From Vicugna vicugna (Eukaryota), in NCBI GenBank assembly GCA_013265495.1, contig MU058337.1, positions 7,236,716 to 7,300,715 on the forward strand: a DNA stretch of 64,000 bases. The letters are read 5' to 3'. Below are positions 1 to 13,189 of this stretch, in pieces (position 1 is the first letter of the stretch; every line of letters starts with the position of its first letter). The notes under the pieces are model-generated. The model was given only the letters and a program-made list of their open reading frames with translations, was not told the origin of the DNA and did not search any database. The position numbers and the translations under genes were made by a program.

Positions 1-659
1 GATAGGGTATAAACAGTAGTGGATTCGTGGGCTTTTTCTGATGGCTCAAGAAGAAAATGCCTGATCAGTGCTCAAGAAGTAATTTTTGGTTATGAATGGT
101 TGCTCCCATTTTACACATAAGGAACTAAAAGCTTGGAGAGGCCAACCAGAGGTGCTCAAGCTGGTGGCGTGCTGAAATCACCAGCAGGGCTTTGCAGAGC
201 CCAGAGATCCCACCTGCGCTCGGGACAGCCAGGGCTGAAACCAGTGCGTGAGTGAGTTGCCCGCGATCCCACAGCTGGCAGGTGGCAGGGCTGGGACTTG
301 AGCCCAGGTGTCCTGATGCTGAAACCCAAGCCAGCTCAGGCGAGTAACAGGTAACACCTCTGAGGCACAGGGCAGGGGCAGTGAGAGGATGCCGGCCTCC
401 ACGGGGCTTCCCCTGTCAATACTTGTCACATAGGGATGGTACATTCCCAGATTCCTGTTCAGAGTCTGCTGATCTCAGTGGGAGCAACTCTTTGGGGGAA
501 TAGACAATGTTTGAAGTCCCAGAGAAGAATCTAAGGTTTTTCTTTTGATTAAAGGGATGACTCTGCCACTTAAAGAGAAAAGAAAAAGAAAGCTACCTCC
601 TGACAACACACAGGGCTGTATAACGAACGAAGCACATTCATACTTATTTAACAGCTCTG

Positions 660-1310
660 TCACTTCCTAGCTGAGTGCCTTTGGGCAAGTTACTTAACCT
701 CTCTGTTTCTCACTTTCCTCATCTGGAAAATTGGGATGGTAATAGTACCCACTGTTGTGGGCACAATGGGGTGGCCAGTCGGTGACATGGTGACACGCGG
801 GTTGGTAAAAGAGTTTACCAGAGAGTAAGTGTGGGAATAGGAAGGAGTTTATTAGATCACGCTACCATAGGCAACAACAGGCCACACAGACGAGAGGAGC
901 CCGTGTGATCCTCAAGGGCCGGTTGTGAGGGTCTTTTATAAGGTCGGGTCACAAGGTGCCTGATTGGCTTGTGCACAAGTCTCTGATTGGTTGTAGGTGA
1001 GGTAAGAAGTTTAGGGTCCGTGAAGGGCGGGGGGGGGGGGGGTTTGTGACTCTGGTGAAGTGGGCAGCCGGGGCGATTGTGAGGTTAGGCATTACTTAGG
1101 GCTATTAGTTTGTTAGGGGAAACACGCCCAGTAAAGAATGTACTTTATCTGTTGAGGGATCACAGGCAGACACTGGAGAGCCCAGATAGGGGTCATTGGA
1201 CTTTGAAGGATGTCAGTGGCCCCAACACCTATCCCAGTGTGTCTGTGATGACTGCATGTAAAGCCCTGGGGATAGTGACTGGCGTTTAGAAAGTGGGCAA
1301 TGATGTCAGC
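660..1310 (+). mobile_element. MIR SINE split by the solo LTR (about 660-752 and 1228-1310)
   Basis: MIR core 'ttgggcaagttacttaacctctctg..tttcctcatctggaaaattgggatggtaatagtacc' followed after the LTR by 'gcatgtaaagccctgg'. Confidence 0.8.
753..1227 (-). mobile_element. Solo ERV LTR (475 bp) inserted into a MIR
   Basis: TGTTG...CAACA termini. On the minus strand: two CCAAT boxes (986-990, 963-967), TATAAAA (934-940) and AATAAA (848-853) in U3-R-U5 order. MIR sequence is interrupted at 752 and resumes at 1228. Confidence 0.85.
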
Positions 1311-3827
1311 AATGATTACATTTGGATTTCACAAAATTGAACCCGAGTTTTCTAAGTTTAGGTCGGAAGGTGCTCTCCACCTGTACCTGACCCACACCGG
1401 TCTTGTCTTCATTGTCTCGCACCTGGGCTATTCAGTGGCAGCTTACCAGTGTGTCCCCGTCTCTCGGTCCTTCTTCATCCAATTCCTCTTTCTGCCTTTT
1501 TATTTATATATTTAAATTTTTTTATTTAGCCTTTATTTTTATTTAGTGTAATTTTCATCGTAAAAGCTAAATACTTTACCTTCCATTGTCAAGGTTAAAT
1601 AGAAGTAGTGAAAACTGTGGGGTAAGAAAAATCCATCAATAATCCCACTAAATCTGGTGCAACTCCTTGCCGCAGGGTTATGTCCTCAGCATACACTTCT
1701 TTACATCGTGGTTCTCATGCTCTAGGGTCCGTAAGAACCACCAGGACAGCTGGGGTAAAATTCAGTCTCCTGAGCTCTTGCCCCAGACATAGGGCTGGAC
1801 ACCTAGCTGCTCCCGAGAGCTTTGTCTTTGAAAAATATCTTTGCAGCATCAAGCACAGTCCTATCCTGTTTTGCCTATTCTTGGAAACACAAGCATTTTT
1901 CCGGGTTGCCACACAGGCTTCACAACCATAATTTGGCCTCTAGGGGCTTCCACGGGTCCTAATGCTCACCTGTCACAGTATGCGTGCATTTTCCTAGCTG
2001 AGCCAGCTCAGGCTCTGTGGCCACACTGATCTCAGATGAAGGGTGCAGGAATACAACATTCATTCAAGGGGACGCACAGGCATTTACCTCTGACAAAACC
2101 TTCCCACTGAATCCGTGTAAGCTGTCCCGGCAGGTCTGGGTGTGATTTAGCCAAGTTGGGGTCCAGGGTTGAGAAGCGGACCCAGAATCTGAGCAGGCTC
2201 AATCCACTGGGCAAAGTCCGAGTCTGCAGCAGAAGATTTAACACTGAAGAAATTCCAGAAGCCAATGGTTGGAGCAACTGGAAAACACTCAAAGCACCAG
2301 GGGAGGGACTAGGGTGAGCAAGTGCAGGGGCTCAAAATGTCAGCAGGCGTGGCCTTGCACACCCCCCCTCACCCCCACCCCGCCCCATGCCCCAAGGGAC
2401 AGTGGCTTGCTTGCCTCACCTGGTCCCAGCTCTGTTAACCTCATTGCCGTGACTACTGCTCGAGACTTTCTGTCGAGTTTAATGCAGTAAAAACCTTTTA
2501 AAGCTACTGACCATCTCAGGTTCATCCACCTGCCCCACCCTCCCGGATTTAAAAGGCCCTCCCTTTTCTTTACCCTTTAGTGTCCTGGTTAATTAATAAG
2601 ATTATATCATCAGCCAGAGGGATGGGAGGACACAATCCTTCTGTGGGAGACGAGAGCTGAATAATTGAGAGCTGAGTAATCCTGCGGTTCAGCGACCTTG
2701 TGGTCCATCAGTGTCGTCATCACTAAGACCACAAAGGGCCTTGGTTTCAGGGAGCATGACTCTGCCATGCAGATCCCTGCACAGTGACCCACTCATGCTG
2801 AAAACCATTTTTAATACTTTGTTACTGAAAGACTCCCCCGGAAGCAAGGTGGTCCCTCATCTTGCCACCATGAAGTTTGCCCAAGACCTCCAGCTCTGAT
2901 TCCTGGATCCTTAGCATTGCAGGCTCTGGAAAGCAGATTCACCCGAGGGTAAACGGGCAGGACTCAACAAAACCAAAACCCTCCTTTATAAATTTATGAT
3001 AAAAACAGTCAAGTCTTCATGCTAGCTGTTCAACAGGAAAACATGACCTTAGAAAACCACATAGAGGTTGGAGTTGCCCAGTGAAGACAGAATTAAAGTA
3101 AAAGAAACCAGATGCTGTAAGAAATGTTTTCACCAAACCATGAACAGGTTATGAGTGTCTGTTCTTTACTTTTGATACTGTTTTATCCTGTCCACAAGCC
3201 CTTTCCTCGGATTCCCGGCTCTCTGGCCGCTTCCTTTCCCTTGTCTTTCCCTTTTCAGTGCCACAAGCCGACAGTCTGAACTAACTTCCCAGAACTGTTG
3301 TTTCACTGTCATCCATTGGGTGGAGTTTGTGCCAGTTTTAGCTATACTTCCTCATAGGACTTTATGATTTTATGATCGTTTCTGATAGCTTCTCTTCTTG
3401 GCCAAATTCCCCTTCACACATCCTTGGCCTTCTTGTCTCCATGCCCTCTTGTGCCTTTGAGTTCACATCGTCAAGGAAGAGGAGATTTGGAAATGTCAGG
3501 GCTTTGCTACCAGGCTGGGGAAACTGGTTGTGCAGGAAACTTGCTGTGGTAAGAAACAGGCTTTACAGAAAGGCAACTGACATAGGAGTGTGTGTCACAG
3601 GCACGTTTTGGGGCAAGGTCCAACCCTCTTTGTCCATGGGCGGGTAGGCTGGTGAGGTCACTCTTCATACAGGCAAAGCTTAGAGGCAACAGATTTCTAG
3701 GGGCTGATGATGTCACTGGGGCAGAACATCAGGACTGGCCATGACCCCTTTGCAAATGACAGCCTACCAAAGCAACGAGGCCAGAAGCCCCCACTGTATC
3801 TTCACTTCTCTTGTCCCTAAAGGACAT

Positions 3828-4035
3828 TATTATTGACATTTGGGCCTGCGTCATTCTTTGCTGGGAGAGGGGGGACTGTTGTGTGCATTGGGAAGTGTTT
3901 AAAAGCATCCCTGACATCTCCCCACTAGATAGCAAAAATCTTCCTCATTTATGACAACCCAAAGTACCCTCAGACACTGGTTCATATCCCTTGGAGCTGG
4001 GCTGGGGGGGCAACCACCCCTGGTTGAGAACCGCA
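3828..4035 (+). mobile_element. MER20-like hAT DNA transposon
   Basis: 'attgacatttgggcc...gtgcattg..agcatccctg..cccactagat..tgacaacc..cagaca..tggttgagaacc' resembles the recalled MER20 consensus. Confidence 0.75.
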
Positions 4036-5749
4036 GGTGTAAAGGCCATCCTGTGCTTTCAGAGTCATGGGGAAGAGGCCCGGAGGGAAAGCAGCTGGCA
4101 CTAGTTGCCACTGATTTCAGGCAGATGCCGAGAGAGAGGGAGGTTGGAGAGAGGGGAGTGTTGGAGAAAGCGGAATATCCCGAACCCGAGGGCTCAGATG
4201 ATCCCGGGTCACTGCCTCTCAGAAACCTGTTTATTCAGCAAATCGTTAAATATGCTAAGTGCAGAAATCTGCCCTTTTAAGGATTCTGGCCAATTTCAGA
4301 GACCCCGAAGGCTACCTACATCTATGGAGTTTCCTCACTCTGACTCAAACTAAACAAGATCTTGAGAAATTTTTTTTTTTGAAGAATAAGACTTTACTTT
4401 TTGAAGAACGCTCCAAGCAAAGTTCTCAAAGCCAGAACTCACCAGCGTCTTAGGAAGTAGCGTTGCTGTTGCACCAGCAACCCTGAGGGGGATCGAAAAG
4501 AAAAAAAGCCTCCTCGTAGGCCAGCCCCCAAATCTGAGAATCTGAGGCTTTCCTTTTTCATTTTCCTTCTCGTTCTCAGCACAAATACATGTTTTTCTCA
4601 CACGTGAAACTCTTGAGGAGATCCAACTTCAGATTCTCAACCCCGCCCTCTAAGGAACATTTATGGGATATGCATACATCTGTTATTGTTTTGGTCTCTG
4701 AAGTTTTTTTTTTTAATGTAAACAAATGTGCGTACATTTGCAGCAGTGAATTCAGCTGTGGCATAGTACTTAGTAGAGGGCATCCAGGAAGCCAGTTTCA
4801 GTCTTGATTACCCAGAAGTGTCACCTTTCTACATAATGAGGTGGAACTTTAAACCAGAAATGGCCTTAGGAACTATCCAGAGGGCTCACTTCACAGATCC
4901 GTTAACTGTGACCCAGCTATGTTGACCATTCTGCCAAGGTAACATGAAGAGTAAAGACAGGGCTGTGAAGGATCCCCAGGGGTCCCGATTGCCTGACCAA
5001 AGCTGATGGCTTTGCAGCACACCCCCACCCCCTGCACACCCATAAAACTTTACTGGGAGGAAGGACCAGTCAGAACGAAACCACGATATTATAAGGAAGC
5101 TTGCACGCAGCTGATTTTCACAAAAGGTTTCATTTAGTTTCCCACACCGCAAGGATTAGGGTTCTGGGTCTGTGATGTTTTGTAGAAATTGCCCAAGACC
5201 ACAAGTTAGAAAATACGAGTTTAATCTGGTCCCTACCATTTATGAGTACCTAAACCCTAGCTGAATTGCTTAACTTCCCTTATCTTTGGTTTCTTAATTT
5301 GAAAAATGTCAATAATAGCTCCTACTAAGTGTGTATTAAGAGTCTAAAAAACAGTCTATCCTTTGAGCTAGTAATTCTACACTTTGGGAATTTTATCATA
5401 TAAAAAAATTCTGGCATGCAGAAATAATATTACGTGCAAAAATATACTGTCACCCGTTTGTTTATGACTGCGATTTGTGGAGCCTGCCATGTGTTGGGGC
5501 TGCTGGCCATCCTAGCTGCTTCATGCAACTGTCTCTAATCTTCATAACAAATCAGAAACGGTTATTGTGTTTATTTTACGAAGGAAAAAACTAAAGGGGC
5601 CAGAGAGGAGAAATGCCTTGCCCCAAATCACACAGATGGTTAAGTGATAGAAACTGAAGTCAAACTCACATCTGCCTCTCCACGGCTTGTTTCTTTCTAC
5701 TATGCCTGATTATTTTTGGTAATGGCAAATATTTGAAAACAAACTAAAT

Positions 5750-5982
5750 AATAAGACAGAAAGTTAGACTAGTTACCAGGGGCTGAAGGCAGAAGGAGGA
5801 CACTGAGAGTGACCGGTAATGGGCAAGGGGTTTCTTTTAGGATTCAAAAAAATGTTCTAGAAGTAGGTAGTGGTGATGGTGACAACCTTGTAAATATACT
5901 AACAACCACTTAATTGTATGCTTTAAAACAGTGAATTATGAGTTATGTGAATTCTATCTCAATAAATCTGTTATAAAAAAAA
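5750..5982 (+). mobile_element. Old L1 (L1MB-like) 3' end with A tail
   Basis: 'gttaccaggggctg...ggtagtggtgatggt..acaaccttgtaaatatactaa..tgtgaattctatctcaataaa..aaaaaaa'. Confidence 0.8.
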
Positions 5983-6869
5983 CTTAGTGACTTAAAAACT
6001 ATCTGACGATAAGGGGTGATTTAAAAATGATAGGATGAAATATTTTCAGCCATTAAAATATTGTTTCTTTAAGGATTTAACCACTTTTAATAGAATGCTT
6101 AATAGACTCTCCTGTCTATTAGAGCTGGGAGGACACTACAGTAGAAACAAAGGATCTCCGTGCCTAGCACACACATGTTGTTGTTGGATGGGACACTGTG
6201 CTGAGACTGTACTGGAGATGGTAAATTGTTTTCATTATATTAAGTTTAAGAACCAGGATACAAGATTGCATACAAACTGAACCACAACTTTTGAGTCTTG
6301 AATAAATGTACAGGAAAAAAATTTGGGAGGAAAATCACCATTTTTTGAGTCCCTGGTTTTGGTGTTAGAAGTTTTTTCACTTCATAAAAAAATCTGCCTA
6401 AAAGTTTTTTCAGTGAGCATCCATGAATTTTCTATTCAGAAAAAAAAAAAATTAAGTGCTTATTTATAAGGCACTGCCTTTCTGTTAATTCTTAAGTAAA
6501 ACCAGTGAATATAGGATATGTGAAATTGCTTTAAAAATTATAAGGAAAATTGAAAAAGCAAAGTTTTTCATATGTGTCATAATTGGTTATTATCCAAGGA
6601 AAGGCCATTACTAGCAAGACAGTAGATTTAGGTGTTACTTACTGATTCTTCAAACACCAAGGCAGGTCGATTGTTCTGAAAGATGCTTTTTCTGTATTAA
6701 AGTTTGCTAGCTTACTGGCTTATGCTTACCAAGCACTTACTATTTACCAGATGGCAGTTTTTCACGTGAAGGGGGTTCAGACATTATCCTCTTTTTTCAG
6801 ACAGAGAAACAGGAGCTTCTGGTGATTAAGTAACCAGCATAAGATAACACAGTTAGTGATCTAATGTAC

Positions 6870-7205
6870 AATTTTCAAGAAAACCACCTGTCTGAACAGA
6901 CCAATTACCAATGAAGAAACAGGAAATAGAGAGCTCTCCTCAAAACTACACCAGTCCAGACTTCACAGGGTAAATCCATCAGGATAAGGATCAGATAATC
7001 CCAGTGCTGCTTAACATAGTCCACACCGTAGAAAAAGAAGGCAGACTTCCAAGAAAACAAGTGTTACCTTAATCCCAGTGCTTGGTAAAGATTGCATCAA
7101 CGAAGGAGACTGTAGACCAATTTCACTTGTGCGTAACAATGTAAAAATCTTAAATAAAACATTAGCAACCAGAATCCAATAGCACGTTAAAAATAATGCA
7201 TGATG
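6870..7205 (+). mobile_element. Decayed L1 ORF2 (reverse transcriptase region) fragment
   Basis: 'tgtagaccaatttcacttgtg..gtaaaaatcttaaataaaacattagcaaccagaatccaatagcac' corresponds to the L1 RT motif YRPISL..KILNKILANRIQQH. Disrupted by stops. Confidence 0.75.
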
Positions 7206-7434
7206 TGGTTAGATTTTGATGCCAGTTGTTTCTTAAGCTGCCTGTTAGCTTCTACACTCACTTGATAAAAACACACTGAATTTTTAAAACTGGATTAAAT
7301 ACAGACAGGAAGGAGTACAAATTATAAGGGTACAATGGGTAAATTTTCACAAATTGAACCTAAGGGTGTAATAGCACTCATGTCAAGAAACAGAACATTA
7401 TCAGAATCTCAGAACCCCTCTCACACTGTCCAAG

Positions 7435-9060
7435 AGGACATCAGCAAATAAGCACATGAAAATATATTTACTATCATAACCATTAAAGAGATGCAAATTA
7501 AAGCCAAAATGAGATACCACTACATACCTATTATAATGGCTGAAATAAAAATGTTATCAACATCAGTTGCTGGGGAGAAGCAACTTTTGCAGGAATGCAA
7601 AATAATGCAGCTGCTCTGGAAAGCAATTTGCAGCTTCTTATAAAGTCAAACATACAACCCAGGAACCCCACTCCTGGGTATTTGTTGTATGTTCACACAA
7701 AAACCTGTACATGAATGTTTATACAGCTCTGTTTATAACTGCCCCAAACTGGAGACTATCCAAATGTCCTTGGTGAATGGATAAACCAACGGTGGTACAT
7801 CCATACGACAGACTACTACTCAGCAGTCAAAAGGGATGAGCTAAGGTTATAGCCACACCTTGGATGATCTCAAAGGCATTATGCTGAGACAAGCTATATA
7901 CTGAATGATTCCATTTATAAGATATTCTGGAGAAGAAAAAACTGTAGACAGCGAGAACATATCCATGGTTTCTAGGAATGGGGAGGGCAGACTACCCATG
8001 GATGGCACTGGGGAGTTTTTGGGGTGATGGAAATGTTCTGTATCCTGATTGTGGTGATGGTTCCGCCAATCTATACACATGTAAAACTGTATACCAAAAA
8101 ATGGTCGGTGGTAACTTATGTTAATTAAAAAAAAAGAAAACTACCCTCATGGCCAAAAGCATCATGAGCAAATTCAAAAGATAGATGAAAGAGTTAGAAA
8201 AAATATTTATATGACTCATATCACAAACAAAGCACTAGTCACCCTAATATACAAAAAACTCTTAGGTGTCAATAAGAAGACCAAAATACCCGCTTCCTGA
8301 AAGGGCAAAGAATATGAACAGTTAAAATTAAAGTAAATATAAATAACTTTTCAAATATGAATAGATGGTCCCCCTTACACATAAGCAAAGTGCGTACTTA
8401 AACTATAACAATGTACCATTGTTTTATCTATCAGACTGGCCATATTTCCAAGTTCAACAACATAAATTGTTGGCCAGGCCCTCTCATTCATTGCTGGAAT
8501 GAATGTATATTAGAAAATTTAACACTATCAAATATTTCCTTTGACTCAGACATATTTATTCTATGCAGAATGCAACATATGCAAAGTTATTCCTTGCAGT
8601 ATTTTTTTTTTATGATAGCCAAAGAATGGAAACAAGCCAGATTCCGTCAGTCAGGGACAAGGTGAATAAATCATAGAATATATCCATTTATTGAACTGCT
8701 CTGCAGCTATAAAAAGGAATGAGGAAACTTTCTATGCCCTTATAATGGACGATTTCCAATATATATTCTTGTTAAGTGAAAAAAGCCAGGTGCAGAATGG
8801 TGTGTCTGGCGTGTGCATTCCGTATAAGGTGAGGGGTTATGAGCATGGATATTAATACTGTACCACGTAGAGAGACTCTGGAAAAACAAACAAGAAAATA
8901 CTGCTTACTGGTGGGGAAGAGAAGGGAGGGGACAGAAAAGTAGAGAATAACAGCAAAAACAAAATTTTCACTCTATGTCTTGCTGTGTGGTCAATTTTGG
9001 AGCCATTTGTAAAAGTTACTTCTTCAAAGAAAGAAGTTAACAGTGATATTTTCAAATAAG
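7435..9060 (+). mobile_element. Stack of old L1 3' regions (L1MC-like about 7435-8140, L1ME-like about 8140-9060)
   Basis: 'atgcaaattaaagccaaaatgagataccactac', 'ttcacacaaaaacctgtacatgaatgtttat', 'ggatctcaaaggcattatgctgag'-like and 'aagggcaaagaatatgaacag' L1 signatures. Confidence 0.75.
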
Positions 9061-9987
9061 AAGGTAAATTTCAGTGATAAGTCATGCCTCAGTATGGGCG
9101 AGCAGAGATAGGAAACCAGAAGAAGTGCTTCCCTTGCACGAGGGAAAAATGCAGATGGAAGCAGTGTTGGGGAAATGTATTCAAAAGGAGCAGAAAGCGT
9201 GAGTCCTAGAACTGGGGGCTGGTGAGCACCATACAGTGAAGGAAAAAGAATTGTTTGGCGTAGAAGGCTTGGATTTAAGGTCTTCTTTATGCTGACTTAG
9301 GGGACTTGGGGCTTGTCTTTCAAGTTCTCCGAGGCTATTTTCTCATACATGAAATGGAAAGAAGAATAAAGCCTACTTGACAAGGTGATTGTAAGGGTTA
9401 AGTGAAGGAAAAATGTTAAAACACCTTGCAACAGGGAGTCGGGCCCTGTGCCAACAATGCTGTGTTAGGAAATAAACAAGGAAAAACAGAAAAGCTTCCA
9501 GTATCCCCCTTCTCCCTGAGAGCTGGGATCTTGCACCAAGAAAGTCCCCAAGAGTGGAACTGGCAAGGCTGGACCCACCTTGGAGGATGGGGAGACAGTA
9601 GAGGACGGAGGGACAACATCAGAATCCCCCTCGCAGGCAGGGAGGGAAAGAACATGACTTCCATCCCAGACGATGCTGCTTCCCAACCAAACTCTTGAGT
9701 TTGCTCATTTGGTTGTCAATGGGCTCCCTGACTGCGGCCAGTTTCAGAGAGTTTGATGTCCTCAAGGCAAGCCACCTTTGAGGGCTTTGAGTAGGGGTGA
9801 TGTGCTGGGGAGGCACTGAACAAAGATGCACTGTGTAGAAAAGAGGTTGAAGGAAGGCGAGGCGGGGGCTGGAACCTGTCCTGGAGGCGACTGCAGCATT
9901 CCGGGAGAGGTGATGGTTGTTGGAACTGTAGCGAAGGATTGAAAAAATGTGGATGGAACTGAGAGCTGCTTAGAGGGACTGAGAGGG

Positions 9988-10503
9988 TGTCAAAGAAAAG
10001 CACAGCCAGACACTAGTTAATGTGGTGAAAATGGACCTTATTCAGTGACTAGTGGCAGGAAGGGCAAGTGCTGAGCTTCATTCTGACCTGTGCAGAGGGG
10101 ACCAGGAGTTAACAGGAGAACAGGGCAGCGGGGAGAGGGAACAGTGGGGGCTTGAGAAGAGTCAGGGAAGTGAAAAATGACCAAAAGCAGGAAGGGGGGT
10201 TGGTCCAGGTGAAACCATCTGGGTTTGCTAACAGGCGCTTGTCAAAGTTAGGCTCCTTACCTCCCACAGAGGCTGGGAGAAGGGGGCCTCCCATCTTCAG
10301 GTGGTGGCTGGAACAGTCAATTCCTTGGGCAGCCTTGAATTTTCTCAGGCAGACACCTCAAGAGGGGCTAGGGTCATCCTAGGGCATGGTCTTGAGACAC
10401 TGTAAACCATGCTAGTGTTTATTCAAGTCTTTACAGACCTAGCTGAGAAGAGGGCTTAGCGGAGCTTGGTTGAGTTTGGTCCCCAAGGAGAGAATCTCAG
10501 TCA
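9988..10503 (-). mobile_element. MER67-like ERV1 solo LTR
   Basis: TGTCA..GTCA-type ends. The reverse complement contains 'ccctaggatgaccctagcccc', 'ctgcctgagaaaattcaaggctgcc' and 'gttagcaaacccagatgg', recalled from MER67. Confidence 0.75.
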
Positions 10504-10649
10504 AAAGTCTGGTGAGTGTCTGATGGTGTATCGTGGGCGAGGGCGGGTGGAAAGGAGAGGCCAGGACGACTCCCAGGTGGTTTCCTGAGCAGCCAAGTGG
10601 TGGGATGTCATTACCACTCTTTGAGACAGAAAGTAGAAGTAAGCCCAGA

Positions 10650-10790
10650 TTTTTTTGGAGGGGTGAGGTGGAGTGAGGAGGGAGGTAATGAAGTTTATTT
10701 ATTTATTTTTAGAGGAGGTACTGGAGATTGAACCCAGAACCTTGTGCATGTGAAGCATGAGCTGTACCACTTGAGGTATACCCTCCGCCC
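10650..10790 (-). mobile_element. Vic-1-like tRNA-derived SINE, inside an L2 remnant
   Basis: Reverse complement reads ggagggtatacctcaagtggtacagctcatgc...ggttcaatctccagtacctcc..aaataaataaac, with A and B boxes. Confidence 0.85.
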
Positions 10791-11356
10791 TGAAAGAAGC
10801 CACGATTGATATGGAAAGATGGTGGGTCCACTTCTGAGAATGGTGGGTGCCAGGGGTTACGTGCCAAGTGAAGATGTTTGGTGAGTATCTGGATCTGAGG
10901 GTCTGAATTCAGCAGAGAATGCAGGGCTAGAGACCTCTACCTGCAAATACCAATTGAAGGCCTGTGAGCAGGTGGCTGGGGCCTGGGAGTAGATGTAGAA
11001 TGAGAGGGATCTGAGATAAAACTGTCAAGAACATTGTTTTATTTAATCCCCCCAAATGCCATGTGGGATTAGGAAAGAGGCATGATTATCTCCTTTGGTC
11101 AGTGTCAGAAGCGGGCCCTGGATTAGAAACTGAGGTGGTGACTAAAGTCCACCGGTCATTCCAGAATCCCAGCCCCTAATTAACTACGTAATTATTCCCC
11201 TGTTAGCTAACTCATTACTGATCAATCCGCTAGAATACAGTTCTCCATTCAAATAACTAGACAACTGTATTTTCTTTTTATGGGTTTTGATGAACTCCTT
11301 TTGTGTTTTTTAAAAATTTACCTACAAGGAGTTAACAATCAAAAGAGAGGAAAAGA

Positions 11357-11485
11357 GGAGGAGGGAAATAGCTCAGGGCTAGAGCTACATGCTTAGCATG
11401 CACAAGGCCCTGGGTTCTTAATCCCCAGTATCTCCGTCAAAAGTAAATAAATAAATCTAATTACCTACCTATCCCCTCCCCCCAA
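11357..11485 (+). mobile_element. Vic-1-like tRNA-derived SINE with 16-bp TSD
   Basis: Head 'ggagggaaatagctcagggctagag..gcttagcatgcacaaggccctgggttc'. TSD AAAAGAGAGGAAAAGA at 11341-11356 and 11486-11501. Confidence 0.9.
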
Positions 11486-11778
11486 AAAAGAGAGGAAAAG
11501 AAGCAGAAGGGACCACATGATGCCCCAGGATTAATCAGTACTTTAACTTGTTAAGTGAAACATCTCAAACACCCAGACACGGTGTCTCAGTAGCATTAAC
11601 CCAACCAAAGTCATCTGTAATCTCTGCAGGGTAAACTGTGAGAGCACACATCCAAGGGATGCAGTTTCTCAAGGTCCTCTACAGACAGCATCCCAGCTCT
11701 GTGCACCCATCAGGTGTTACTGAAGGGGATGTGGGATGTGTACACAAAGGCTCTGGTGGGGTTAAGTAGCATTTTCTT

Positions 11779-11979
11779 TTTGTTGTTGCTGTATAGTCAG
11801 TTACAATGTGTCAGTCTCTGGTGTACAGCACAACATCTCGGTCATGCATATACGTAGATATATTCGTTTTCATATTCTTTTTCATTATATGTTATTACAG
11901 ATACTTAATACAGTTCCCTGTGCTACACAGAAGAAAATCGTTTTTTAAGTCTATTTATATATATAGTGGCTAACATTTG
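11779..11979 (-). mobile_element. 5'-truncated lineage-specific L1 3' end with 11-bp TSD
   Basis: Homologous to the L1 tail at 13190-13400 ('tattcgttttcatattctttttca', 'agttccctgtgcta'). TSD AGCATTTTCTT at 11768-11778 and 11980-11990. Confidence 0.85.
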
Positions 11980-12509
11980 AGCATTTTCTTACTAGGCATT
12001 TAAAGTTACTTCTCACGTCCAGAAACACACTTTATAGATTAAAAGAGGTGATTAGTCTACCAATGCCTTTTTCTTGGCTTTCATCTGCCGAATTATTTTT
12101 TTCAAAATGGTTTTCAAAATGGTCATTTACTATTTTGAACCCATGATGCATTGCATACAAAATAAAAATCCATTTATCAGTCCCGTTAATTTAACACTGT
12201 TTTCTTTTACAGTGGGCAGCAATTCAGTCACTAAGATAAGGAAAACATTAGTTTTTATTTCCTTCATTTAACCTCCATCATTCCTCATTCAGCCTCAAAG
12301 ATGTATATTACAGTCTATCTTCAGTAAATTTGATTTCTGGGAATTGTACCCTTGAAGCCTACTCTGCCTGTAGGAAATCTTTTTTACCACAAGTGCAGGG
12401 TTGACACACACACACACCCAAATTCATATCTTTCCTGGACCCTCAGAATGTGACCTTATTGGGAAATGGGATCTTTGCAAATGTGAAACTTAGTCACATC
12501 CTAATAGAT

Positions 12510-13030
12510 GTGAGAATGCTATTATGGAGAAAATGGAAAATAACAAGAGTTGATGAAATTGTTGAGAAATTGGAACCCATGTACATTGCTGGTGGGAATG
12601 TAAAATGGTATAGCCACTATGGAAAACAGTTGGGTGGTTCCTGAAAAATTGAATGTGGAATTACCACGTGATTCAGCAATTTCAACTCTAGGAATATACC
12701 CGAAAGAACTGAAAGCAGAGACTCAAACAGACACTCGGGCACCAGTGTTCATAGCAGCATTATTCACAGTAGCCAAAAGCTGGAAACAACCACACGTCTA
12801 TCATTAGATGATGGATAAATGGATTATGGTATATACACACAATGGAATATTATTCAGCCTTAAAGAGGAATGAAATTCTGATACATGCTACAACATGAAC
12901 GAACCTTGAAGACACTATGCTAAGTAAAATAAGCCAGGGAAATATTATGTGACTCTGTACCACAAATAAGCAAATTCATAGAAATGGAAAGTAGAATTGA
13001 GGTTACCAGGGGTTGAGGAGGGAAGTGGGA
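12510..13030 (+). mobile_element. L1MB-like 3' region (preceded by a short MLT1 LTR fragment at about 12420-12490)
   Basis: 'gagaaattggaaccc..attgctggtgggaatgtaaaatggt..ttcatagcagcattattcacagtagccaaaag..gaaccttgaagacactatgctaagt'. Confidence 0.85.
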
Positions 13031-13189
13031 AGGATCCCCATTTCTCCTTGGGCTCTCAGCTTTGGATACAGTTAAGCTCTGAGTTCTTCTCCCATCAAAA
13101 TAATGGTGTTTCCATGTTTAGAGATATTCTTTCATATTTGATTACTGTCTCATCAAGAAATCACCCTCTTTGAACAGTTTGCTTTTGTA

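Noticed and set aside
12450..12807. ORFs with L1 ORF2 C-terminal-like peptides (e.g. LGIYPKELK, FIAALFTVAKSWKQP)
   Set aside because: Frameshifted remnants of an old L1, not a host gene or an active element.
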